Positions 6,968 to 15,497 of a stretch of DNA of 17,976 nucleotides are shown one piece after another. The translations under genes and the position numbers were made by a program. This DNA is from Escherichia coli (GTDB lineage: Bacteria; Pseudomonadota; Gammaproteobacteria; Enterobacterales; Enterobacteriaceae). The notes under the pieces were generated by a model. The model saw only the letters and a list, made by a program, of their open reading frames with translations, was not told where the DNA came from and did not search any database. Each line of letters starts with the position of its first letter. The first letter of the stretch is position 1. The stretch lies in assembly GCF_003334385.1 (NCBI RefSeq), contig NZ_QOWN01000062.1. One strand, 5' to 3'.

Positions 6968-7301
6968 ATACAGCGAACTCCATTGGTTTAGTTGGATATT
7001 TACTGTGCTGGACAAAAACGGTTTGCGGGGAAATCTTAGTTAAGTAGAATGACTGCGGGTGCTTGAGGCTATCTGCCTCGGGCATGGACACCAACGGCAG
7101 ATAGAGAAAAGCCCCAGTTAACATTACGCGTCCTGCAAGACGCTTAACATTAATCTGAGGCCAATTTCATGCTAGACACATGTAGGTTAGCCTCTTACGT
7201 GCCGAAAGGCACGGAGAAGCAGGCTATTGTTAACACCAAGCTGTAATGTCCCCTTTGAACCATTCTAAAATGTCCCCAGACAATTCTCTGGGGGATTTTT
7301 C

Positions 7302-8615
7302 ATGATCAAAGAGACTGTTACGATGAGTCATAAGGAACTCCACCGACTTCAGATTATTCAGGAACAAGCTGCGGCACGCATTGGCATTTCTATTCGGCAG
7401 GTTAAACGTCTGGTGCAACGGTATAGAAATGAAGGGCCTTCTGGTCTGGTTTCCCACCGACGTGGAAAGCGTCCTAATAATTCCTTTTCTACTGAATTCA
7501 GAGCAACAGTAATTTCACTCCTCAAAGGCCGTTACGCTGATTTTGGACCTACGTTTGCGTGCGAAAAATTGCGCGAGATACACGGTTTATCTTTATCCGT
7601 TGAAACTCTCAGAAAGTGGATGATAGAAGAGGGGTTATGGCGTGAACGCCGTCGTAAAATTGCCCGTATATATCAACGCCGCATGCGACGACCATCTTAC
7701 GGTGAACTGATCCAGATTGATGGCTCACCTCATGACTGGTTTGAAAATCGAGGCCCCAGATGTACACTGATCGTTTTCATTGATGATGCCACCAGTGCGT
7801 TGATGGCGTTGCGTTTTGTGCCTGCTGAAACAACCCGGGCTTACATGGAAACCCTCCGGGGTTACCTTAATGATCATGGCGTACCGCTCGCTCTCTACTC
7901 TGATAGACACAGTATATTCAGGGTAAATAACCCAGAGCGGGAAGGTGAGCTGACCCAGTTCACTCGTGCGATAAAGACACTGGGCATCGAGCCAATCCAT
8001 GCCAACAGCCCGCAGGCAAAAGGGCGGGTAGAGCGCGCCAATCAGACACTACAGGACAGGCTGGTCAAAGAAATGCGGCTTCAGAATATCAGTGATATTG
8101 AAACAGCAAATGCATGGTTGCCGACCTTTATTGAAGCCTATAACAACCGGTTCGCTACGTCGCCTCGTACTACTGATAATGCTCATCTTGATGTGCACCA
8201 TTCTGAAGAGGAACTGGGTTATATCTTCAGCCTACAGGCGAAGCGCGTTCTGTCTAAAAATCTCACTTTCCAGTACAAAAGCAGTGCGTTTCAGGTACGC
8301 AGTGAGGGCCGGGGATATCGACTTAGGCATTCGGTTGTTACTGTATGCGAGAACTTTGACGGTGAAATTAACGTTCTGTATGACGGGAAAGCGCTGGGCT
8401 GGGAAAAGTATGTTGATGGCCCGGAGCCTATACCACTGGATGATGAAAAGAGTGTCCATGAACGAGTGGATAATGCCCGTATTGATTTACGCTCAAAATA
8501 CTATGTTAAACCTAAAGCTGACCATCCCTGGCTTACGCGCCGAACGCAAAGTCATCAGCAAGTTAAGCCCCCGAAGTTACCTAAAAAGAAGCCTGATCCC
8601 GATAAAAAAGATTGA
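7302..8615 (+). CDS. IS-element DDE transposase (integrase-core/rve type with N-terminal HTH), 437 aa; family uncertain (IS481-like or ISNCY-like)
   Basis: Track ORF with HTH-like N-terminus (IGISIRQVKRLVQRY) and candidate DDE residues in IQIDGSPHDW, IVFIDDATSA and GRVERANQTLQD. Ends of the element could not be defined. Confidence 0.8.
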   Translation: MIKETVTMSHKELHRLQIIQEQAAARIGISIRQVKRLVQRYRNEGPSGLVSHRRGKRPNNSFSTEFRATVISLLKGRYADFGPTFACEKLREIHGLSLSVETLRKWMIEEGLWRERRRKIARIYQRRMRRPSYGELIQIDGSPHDWFENRGPRCTLIVFIDDATSALMALRFVPAETTRAYMETLRGYLNDHGVPLALYSDRHSIFRVNNPEREGELTQFTRAIKTLGIEPIHANSPQAKGRVERANQTLQDRLVKEMRLQNISDIETANAWLPTFIEAYNNRFATSPRTTDNAHLDVHHSEEELGYIFSLQAKRVLSKNLTFQYKSSAFQVRSEGRGYRLRHSVVTVCENFDGEINVLYDGKALGWEKYVDGPEPIPLDDEKSVHERVDNARIDLRSKYYVKPKADHPWLTRRTQSHQQVKPPKLPKKKPDPDKKD

Positions 8616-9018
8616 AACCAAGATCGATTCGGTTGAGTGCATATCCATTCATAGGGTAGATTCTTAAGTCGCGTTTCTGGTGTTCATTTTCGGGTGGTTT
8701 GTTACTTGTTTTACCGGGGATATGCCAGAAACGCGCTGAGTCAGTCTGGGCGGTGCGCGTAATGAGGCGTTATGGTAAATAGCCTATGCTAATGTCCGCT
8801 AAGAGCAAGAAGCGGAAGTTGGCAGTTTTGTGGACTGTCCCCACAAAAGTGACTACAGAAATAGTTGCAATTCATAATTGATCATGGGTTGTCAGTTAAA
8901 CTCGTGGCGATTTAAATAGACTAATTGGGAGTGCGTCCATTACTTATATCTTGTAATGTTAACTATCAGAAATGATACAAAGATAATATGTCTTTAAAGA
9001 AAAGGCTGATGGCGAAAA

Positions 9019-9037
9019 GTGGCCCGATGAGGGCCAC
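9019..9037 (-). terminator. Candidate intrinsic terminator downstream of flxA
   Basis: Hairpin GTGGCCC-GATGA-GGGCCAC just 3' of the flxA stop; on the minus strand it is followed by a short T-rich tract (TTTTCGCC). Confidence 0.35.
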
Positions 9038-9051
9038 AATACGGCTGTCAC

Positions 9052-9384
9052 TTAGACGTAAATATCAATGGTGCCAGCGGTATTTGTATCGTCTTTTTTC
9101 TCTTCTTTTTTATCAGGCTGAACTGTCGCGTCTTCATTCTTTTTCTCTGCCTGCTGCCTTAACAACTGCTCCAGTTGAGCCCAGAGGCTTTCAATTTGCT
9201 TCTGTACCAATGCAGCCATTTCTTTTTTCTGCTGTGTCGTCATCCCCTCTTCCGATGAGATTTTCCCAAGCTTTTCAGTCAGCACCTGAATTTGTCTTGT
9301 GATTTTGGCTATTTCTGATGTTCCTTCCGGGGCGGAGTTGTTTGAAATAACGGTTGAGGTATTTCCCTGAATTGTGACAGACAT
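9052..9384 (-). CDS. flxA: FlxA (110 aa)
   Basis: Track ORF MSVTIQGNTSTVISNNSAPEGTSEIAKITRQIQVLTEKLG... matches FlxA as I recall it. AAGGAG Shine-Dalgarno and a sigma-28 promoter lie upstream. Confidence 0.85.
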   Translation of the reverse strand: MSVTIQGNTSTVISNNSAPEGTSEIAKITRQIQVLTEKLGKISSEEGMTTQQKKEMAALVQKQIESLWAQLEQLLRQQAEKKNEDATVQPDKKEEKKDDTNTAGTIDIYV

Positions 9385-9407
9385 AGATTTCTCCTTTTAA
9401 AAAAGCA

Positions 9408-9434
9408 CTATCGGCATGCACAAAAAAATCTTTA
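9408..9434 (-). promoter_or_regulatory. Sigma-28 (FliA) class promoter for flxA
   Basis: Minus strand reads TAAAGATT - 11 nt - GCCGATAG, against the consensus TAAAGTTT-N11-GCCGATAA, about 25 nt upstream of the flxA start. Confidence 0.6.
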
Positions 9435-9586
9435 ATCGTATTTCTTGTGTCATTAATTGTTTGATGTTCAGATTGTTTTCCTCGCGGGCTGGCGCGCCTC
9501 AGAAAGTAAAGCTTGTTGACAGGGGTAAACGTTCGGCAATAATTTTCTGCCGCATGCGGGTGTTGCATAAAACGTGTTACGTTCCT

Positions 9587-9892
9587 TTATCGACAGGTCA
9601 GGTCACCGCTCACCCGCCGACGAGAAAGCAACACTGACATGCTAAAGCAAAAAATAGATGAATAAGTTGAGTTGTGCATATGTAGCCTGACCGTCACAAA
9701 GTATATGGTGTCTGTACCAGTAAGATGATGGCCGGACTCTTTAAAAACGAGCTGACCTGCACAATACAGGATGGACTTAGCAATGGCTGCTCCTGGCACA
9801 AAGCGGACAGTGATCACCGTTCTTACGACTACTTTCTGACTTCCTTCGTGACTTGCCCTAAGCATGTTGTAGTGCGATACTTGTAATGACAT
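9587..9892 (-). CDS. ORF at the ydfV position (101 codons); coding status uncertain
   Basis: Track ORF MSLQVSHYNMLRASHEG... between flxA and relB; same length as ydfV in K-12 as I recall. No motif support. Confidence 0.2.
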   Translation of the reverse strand: MSLQVSHYNMLRASHEGSQKVVVRTVITVRFVPGAAIAKSILYCAGQLVFKESGHHLTGTDTIYFVTVRLHMHNSTYSSIFCFSMSVLLSRRRVSGDLTCR

Positions 9893-9905
9893 TTGTAATT
9901 ACAAG
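9881..9905 (+). promoter_or_regulatory. relO operator of the relBE promoter
   Basis: TTGTAATGACATTTGTAATTACAAG, with inverted TTGTAAT/ATTACAA repeats, directly upstream of the relB Shine-Dalgarno (GAGGTG) and ATG at 9917. Confidence 0.7.
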
Positions 9906-9916
9906 AGGTGTAAGAC

Positions 9917-10156
9917 ATGGGTAGCATTAACCTGCGTATTGACGATGAACTTAAAGCGCGTTCTTACGCCGCGCTTGAAAAAATGGGTGTAACTCCTTCT
10001 GAAGCGCTTCGTCTCATGCTCGAGTATATCGCTGACAATGAACGCTTGCCGTTCAAACAGACACTCCTGAGTGATGAAGATGCTGAACTTGTGGAGATAG
10101 TGAAAGAACGGCTTCGTAATCCTAAGCCAGTACGTGTGACGCTGGATGAACTCTGA
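9917..10156 (+). CDS. relB: RelB antitoxin (79 aa)
   Basis: MGSINLRIDDELKARSYAALEKMGVTPSEALRLMLEYIADNERLPFKQTLLSDEDAELVEIVKERLRNPKPVRVTLDEL; near-identical to RelB as I recall it. Confidence 0.92.
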   Translation: MGSINLRIDDELKARSYAALEKMGVTPSEALRLMLEYIADNERLPFKQTLLSDEDAELVEIVKERLRNPKPVRVTLDEL

Positions 10157-10443
10157 TGGCGTATTTTCTGGATTTTGACGAGCGGGCACTAAAGGAATGG
10201 CGAAAGCTGGGCTCGACGGTACGTGAACAGTTGAAAAAGAAGCTGGTTGAAGTACTTGAGTCACCCCGGATTGAAGCAAACAAGCTCCGTGGTATGCCTG
10301 ATTGTTACAAGATTAAGCTCCGGTCTTCAGGCTATCGCCTTGTATACCAGGTTATAGACGAGAAAGTTGTCGTTTTCGTGATTTCTGTTGGGAAAAGAGA
10401 ACGCTCGGAAGTATATAGCGAGGCGGTCAAACGCATTCTCTGA
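10156..10443 (+). CDS. relE: RelE mRNA-interferase toxin (95 aa)
   Basis: MAYFLDFDERALKEWRKLGSTVREQLKKKLVEVLESPRIEANKLRGMPDCYKIKLRSSGYRLVYQVIDEKVVVFVISVGKRERSEVYSEAVKRIL. ATG overlaps the relB stop (ATGA). Confidence 0.92.
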   Translation: MAYFLDFDERALKEWRKLGSTVREQLKKKLVEVLESPRIEANKLRGMPDCYKIKLRSSGYRLVYQVIDEKVVVFVISVGKRERSEVYSEAVKRIL

Positions 10444-10514
10444 ACCAAAGCATGACATCTCTGTTTCGCACCGAAGGTGACACTTCTGCTTTGCGTTGAC
10501 AGGAGAAGCAGGCT

Positions 10515-10670
10515 ATGAAGCAGCAAAAGGCGATGTTAATCGCCCTGATCGTCATCTGTTTAACCGTCATAGTGACGGCACTGGTAACGAGGAAAGACCT
10601 CTGCGAGGTACGAATCCGAACCGGCCAGACGGAGGTCGCTGTCTTCACAGCTTACGAACCTGAGGAGTAA
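10515..10670 (+). CDS. hokD: HokD (RelF) Hok-family membrane toxin, 51 aa
   Basis: Manual translation MKQQKAMLIALIVICLTVIVTALVTRKDLCEVRIRTGQTEVAVFTAYEPEE; GGAGAAG Shine-Dalgarno. Under 60 aa, so absent from the ORF track. Confidence 0.9.
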   Translation: MKQQKAMLIALIVICLTVIVTALVTRKDLCEVRIRTGQTEVAVFTAYEPEE

Positions 10671-10735
10671 GAGACCCGGCGGGGGAGAAATCCCTCGCCA
10701 CCTCTGATGTGGCAGGCATCCTCAACGCACCCGCA

Positions 10736-10768
10736 CTTAACCCGCTTCGGCGGGTTTTTGTTTTTATT
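10736..10768 (+). terminator. Intrinsic terminator after relBE-hokD
   Basis: CCCGC-TTCG-GCGGG hairpin followed by TTTTTGTTTTTATTTT. Confidence 0.6.
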
Positions 10769-10886
10769 TTCAACGCGTTTGAAGTTCTGGACGGTGCCGG
10801 AATAGAATCAAAAATACTTAAGTAGCGCGCAGGGATAAGAGGGATGGTCCCTTAAAGGGGAGAGCTAATTATCCGGAAGGATTCTG

Positions 10887-11192
10887 ATGATGAACATCGA
10901 AGAACTGCGTAAAATTTTTTGTGAAGATGGCCTCTATGCTGTGTGCGTTGAAAATGGAAATCTTGTTAGTCATTACCGCATTATGTGTTTGCGAAAGAAT
11001 GGGGCTGCGTTAATTAATTTTGTGGATGCTCGGGTCACGGACGGATTTATCTTGCGCGAAGGTGAGTTTGTCACTTCATTACAGGCATTGAAAGAGATCG
11101 GAATAAAAGCTGGCTTTTCTGCTTTTCTGGTAACAAAGTGCTGGCAGGAAGAAGCATACGCGGAAGCGCAATTGAGGAAGGTGACGAGATAA
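10887..11192 (+). CDS. rem: Rem-like small protein
   Basis: Track ORF MMNIEELRKIFCEDGLYAVCVENGNLVSHYRIMCLRKNGAALINFVDARVTDGFILREGEF... resembles Rem of Qin. The C-terminus may differ in length from K-12. Confidence 0.65.
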   Translation: MMNIEELRKIFCEDGLYAVCVENGNLVSHYRIMCLRKNGAALINFVDARVTDGFILREGEFVTSLQALKEIGIKAGFSAFLVTKCWQEEAYAEAQLRKVTR

Positions 11193-11299
11193 ATGATTTT
11201 TGCTGAAGATGGCGACATGATGTTTGCATTTTTCAAAAAATATGGATAAAATTTTTTCAACGATGGGCTTTGTATACCCGACGTTAAGAAAAAGTAGAA

Positions 11300-11324
11300 A
11301 ACCCGCTGATGAGCGGGTTTTGTG
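11300..11324 (+). terminator. Intrinsic terminator downstream of rem
   Basis: CCCGC-TGATGA-GCGGG hairpin followed by TTTTGTG. Confidence 0.5.
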
Positions 11325-11613
11325 CTTTAAATGGGGCAATGGTAATGTTGAATCTCATCCCGGGACTCATGTCTGTTAACTTATTATTTAGCTGGTGACT
11401 TGGTTATTTGCCTGATGTTTAAAATGTTTTCTTCCAGTACAATGTCCCTAAACACAATGAGTCTGCTTATTATATTATTAGCAGAGCTATTACGGCCAAA
11501 GTACAGCATAAGCTTTTAAAGCCAATCAACCAGTCATCAAGACAGACGGGGTTATTCATAAAAACTCTCCATGTGTGATCCGATGGGGCCTGAAATTAAA
11601 GCTTTAATATAGC

Positions 11614-11826
11614 TCATGAAAGGTAAACATTGGCAGCTGAAGGGCCACGCAGACCATTTATCCGGCAAAATTCCACGCGTAATCCGGTGGTAATTTCTTC
11701 TGCATCGCGGAGATTGAGCGCTGAAACATGAAGCTGGACATCGATACGACCATCGGATGGGGTGATAAGACCCTTGCCGCTTTTGCCGTCAAAGGTTTTG
11801 ACAATTCCTGTCATTTTACGGGACAA
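11614..11826 (-). CDS. cspF: CspF/CspH-like cold-shock-domain protein (70 aa, apparent TTG start)
   Basis: Track [73 protein letters not shown]. Divergent from cspB as in Qin. Confidence 0.75.
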
Positions 11827-12126
11827 AAAAATTCCTTAATACTGATAACTTGGCGCACTATACACACGTTCCTGAAGAAAGCTATAGTTTTTTGATGGGG
11901 TTGAAGATGGCTGGATGTCTAAAATAAACATTGCTTCATATGTTCAACTATGCGTTAATGATTGCGTCGGTTTGAAGAACAGACGATATACGAAGTAGTT
12001 TACTAAAGCAGTTCTCATTTCAGGTGTTATTCACTTATTCCTTCTTTGAGTCTCTCCAATTAAGTACGAAGTCGTTTCTGTTATGCAAACCATTTATGCC
12101 GAAAGGCTCAAGTTAAGGAATGTAGA

Positions 12127-12342
12127 ATGTCAAATAAAATGACTGGTTTAGTAAAATGGTTTAACGCTGATAAAGGTTTCGGCTTTATTTCTCCTGTTGA
12201 TGGTAGTAAAGATGTGTTTGTGCATTTTTCTGCGATTCAGAATGATAATTATCGAACCTTATTTGAAGGTCAAAAGGTTACCTTCTCTATAGAGAGTGGT
12301 GCTAAAGGTCCTGCAGCAGCAAATGTCATCATTACTGATTAA
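12127..12342 (+). CDS. cspB: Cold-shock protein CspB (71 aa)
   Basis: [71 protein letters not shown]. Long 5' UTR containing a TGCCGAAAGGC box, as in the csp family. Confidence 0.9.
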   Translation: MSNKMTGLVKWFNADKGFGFISPVDGSKDVFVHFSAIQNDNYRTLFEGQKVTFSIESGAKGPAAANVIITD

Positions 12343-12624
12343 AATTCATCGCTCGTCTGTATACGATAACGAAGAAGGCTGATGCCTGAGTAGAGATACG
12401 GACAGAGTAGTGAATATTGGATCTCTTTAATAAAAAGTAAGGAGGTCCAATACATGAAACAATGGCCAGCATATTTGGCAAAATCTTAATCAGGAAAAGT
12501 ATGCTAACCATTGTGGTGAAGTGCAGGTTTGCTGCATGAATAGTTTTACAGCAGAAGCTAACTGCTGGCATGGCAAAACAAAGTGCGTAAGTGGATGACT
12601 CCCACAAAAAGCACCACAATCTCA

Positions 12625-12648
12625 AACCCGCTCAGGCGGGTTTTTTAT
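12625..12648 (+). terminator. Intrinsic terminator downstream of cspB
   Basis: CCCGC-TCAG-GCGGG hairpin followed by TTTTTTATT. Confidence 0.55.
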
Positions 12649-12705
12649 TATCTGCTTTAAATATATTATTAAAATATAAAAAATACTTGTTACTAATAAA
12701 ATCAA

Positions 12706-12927
12706 TCAGGCTACAGCTTTAAGATTTGTCTGGAATACTTTGTTGCAATGAGGGCAGATCAAAAGGGCACCTTTTTGTACTCTTGAAAAACTGTGTTCTG
12801 ACTCTTGGGTGCAGTTTGGGCAGGAACATTTAACGAGATAATTACGGCGTGATTTTGAGTTTTTACGTTCTGACATAGGCTTTTCCTGTATAAATGGCCG
12901 TATACAGTACACTAAATATGAAAACAT
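12706..12927 (-). CDS. Small zinc-ribbon protein (CxxC ... CxxC), possibly YdfK/YnaE-like
   Basis: Track ORF containing KCSCPNCTQESEHSFSRVQKGALLICPHCNKVF. The true start may be the internal MSERKNSKS. Name is tentative. Confidence 0.5.
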   Translation of the reverse strand: MFSYLVYCIRPFIQEKPMSERKNSKSRRNYLVKCSCPNCTQESEHSFSRVQKGALLICPHCNKVFQTNLKAVA

Positions 12928-13095
12928 TTCTCGTATTATTATTTTATATATGACTTTCTTTCAAAATAATTACCCACATTTTTAATGTGTATGTTTTTTT
13001 AGCGCCGTTGAGAACAACGTGTGCTGTCAAAACTACCCCGTAGACTCCGATCTTTTCAAACATATTGCACCATCCGTGTACATCGGGGTGAGGAT

Positions 13096-13311
13096 ATGAA
13101 ATCAATGGATAAGTTAACAACAGGTGTTGCCTATGGCACATCGGCGGGTAATGCTGGTTTCTGGGCATTGCAGTTACTCGATAAAGTAACTCCGTCACAG
13201 TGGGCTGCAATCGGTGTGCTGGGTAGCCTGGTTTTTGGCCTGCTGACGTATCTGACAAATCTTTATTTCAAGATTAAAGAAGACAGGCGTAAGGCTGCGA
13301 GAGGAGAGTAA
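13096..13311 (+). CDS. essQ: Phage-21-type pinholin S (71 aa) with a dual-start motif (MKSM)
   Basis: ATG at 13096 and a second ATG at 13105; GGGGTGAGGA Shine-Dalgarno. [71 protein letters not shown] resembles S21. Confidence 0.85.
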   Translation: MKSMDKLTTGVAYGTSAGNAGFWALQLLDKVTPSQWAAIGVLGSLVFGLLTYLTNLYFKIKEDRRKAARGE

Positions 13312-13315
13312 TCCA

Positions 13316-13623
13316 ATGACTCAAGACTATGAACTGGTTGTGAAAGGAGTCCGTAATTTTGAGAATAAAGTTACGGTAACTGTAGCCTTACAGGACAAAG
13401 AACGCTTTGACGGTGAAATTTTTGACCTGGATGTCGCCATGGACCGTGTTGAAGGAGCTGCGCTGGAGTTTTATGAGGCAGCAGCCAGAAGGAGCGTCCG
13501 GCAAGTCTTCCTGGAAGTAGCAGAAAAATTGTCAGAAAAAGTTGAGTCTTATCTGCAGCATCAGTACTCCTTTAAGATTGAAAATCCTGCCAATAAGCAC
13601 GAGCGTCCTCATCATAAATATCT

Positions 13624-13627
<4 letters not shown>
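13316..13627 (+). CDS. ydfR: YdfR-like protein (103 aa) between holin and endolysin
   Basis: Track ORF MTQDYELVVKGVRNFENKVTVTVALQDKERFDGEIFDLDVAMD... Same position and length as ydfR in Qin as I recall. Confidence 0.6.
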
Positions 13628-14651
<1,024 letters not shown>

Positions 14652-15013
14652 GGTAATATTAAATCGGAACATTTACATCGCGGAATGTAAAATTTAAATA
14701 AAAAGGACTCTTCCATGAGCCAAAATTCCTGAAATCTTAAGGGTAAGATAAAAGGTCTTAATCAGAATGACACGTTTTATTAATAAATAAAGCTATTCTT
14801 TCATTGCTGTGTTTTTCTTTACAAAAGTAATCCTTGCTATGGGTGGTTAATCATGCGTTAATGGTGTTCTGGTTTGTTACAAATTTATCTGAAGCAGTCA
14901 TTGTTATAATTTTATTATTTGTACCTCTTGAGATTTCCTTGTTGGTTTTTCTCTCTGATATTTTTTTTCGGACCATTCTGCCCAAGGGCTAATTTCTTCA
15001 AAAGGTAATAATT

Positions 15014-15226
15014 ATGTCTAACAAAATGACTGGTTTAGTGAAATGGTTTAACCCTGAAAAAGGTTTTGGTTTCATCACGCCGAAAGATGGCAGCAAAGAT
15101 GTGTTTGTCCATTTCTCAGCAATTCAGAGCAACGATTTCAAAACATTAACTGAGAATCAGGAAGTTGAATTTGGTATTGAGAACGGACCTAAAGGTCCTG
15201 CCGCTGTTCATGTAGTGGCGCTTTGA
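15014..15226 (+). CDS. cspI: Cold-shock protein CspI (70 aa)
   Basis: [70 protein letters not shown]. Confidence 0.88.
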   Translation: MSNKMTGLVKWFNPEKGFGFITPKDGSKDVFVHFSAIQSNDFKTLTENQEVEFGIENGPKGPAAVHVVAL

Positions 15227-15314
15227 GGTAGACAATATTACAAACCATATTCACTTTAGATGCCCGTGTTGTCATGGTTCCCAGTATAGAACATCATCTT
15301 TTGATGTTTCTGAC

Positions 15315-15425
15315 ATGAATCCTTTCGGGGCAAAATGTATCTTTTGTAAATCAATGATGATTACATTTGATAATATTTCACAATACTTAAATGCCAGCCG
15401 TCTGTCGTTGGATTTAAAAAAGTGA
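15315..15425 (+). CDS. YnfN-like small zinc-ribbon ORF; only the ATG-initiated C-terminal part is annotated
   Basis: The frame is open from 15216 and encodes ...RCPCCHGSQYRTSSFDVSDMNPFGAKCIFCKSMMITFDNISQYLNASRLSLDLKK, but the CPCC half of the zinc ribbon has no in-frame ATG/GTG/TTG upstream. An out-of-frame ATG at 15259 suggests a frameshift. Confidence 0.3.
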   Translation: MNPFGAKCIFCKSMMITFDNISQYLNASRLSLDLKK

Positions 15426-15432
15426 AAATGAA

Positions 15433-15453
15433 GGCTCCTTCGGGAGCTTTTTT
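15433..15453 (+). terminator. Intrinsic terminator after the cspI / ynfN-like region
   Basis: GGCTCC-TTCG-GGAGC hairpin followed by TTTTTTG. Confidence 0.6.
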
Positions 15454-15497
15454 GCTTGGTGTCTATTCGATGGATACTCACATACTACGGTAACATC

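Noticed and set aside
7213-7227. 15-nt exact match GGAGAAGCAGGCTAT shared with the hokD translation start region (10501-10515)
   Set aside because: A single 15-mer match within 18 kb is about what chance allows, and the flanking sequence does not continue as a hok-like gene.
6968-7300. Retron-like or tRNA-like RNA gene
   Set aside because: No reverse-transcriptase gene nearby and no tRNA cloverleaf features (no GTTCRANYC T-loop motif); kept only as an unclassified structured region.
7725-8667. Track ORFs 7725..8000(-), 8092..8667(+) and 8232..8459(-)
   Set aside because: Lie inside or overlap the 437-aa transposase frame in other frames; no independent support.
7240-8850. Attempt to define IS terminal inverted repeats (TGTCCCC motifs at 7248, 7271 and 8840; CATTACGCG at 7123 versus 8759)
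   Set aside because: Matches are 7-9 bp and partly direct rather than inverted; too short to call element ends.
8988-9302. Track ORF on + strand (104 aa)
   Set aside because: Antisense to flxA, which is recognisable and has its own promoter; low-complexity translation.
9899-10648. Track ORFs on the - strand opposite relB/relE/hokD (126, 64 and 73 aa)
   Set aside because: Antisense shadows of three well-recognised genes.
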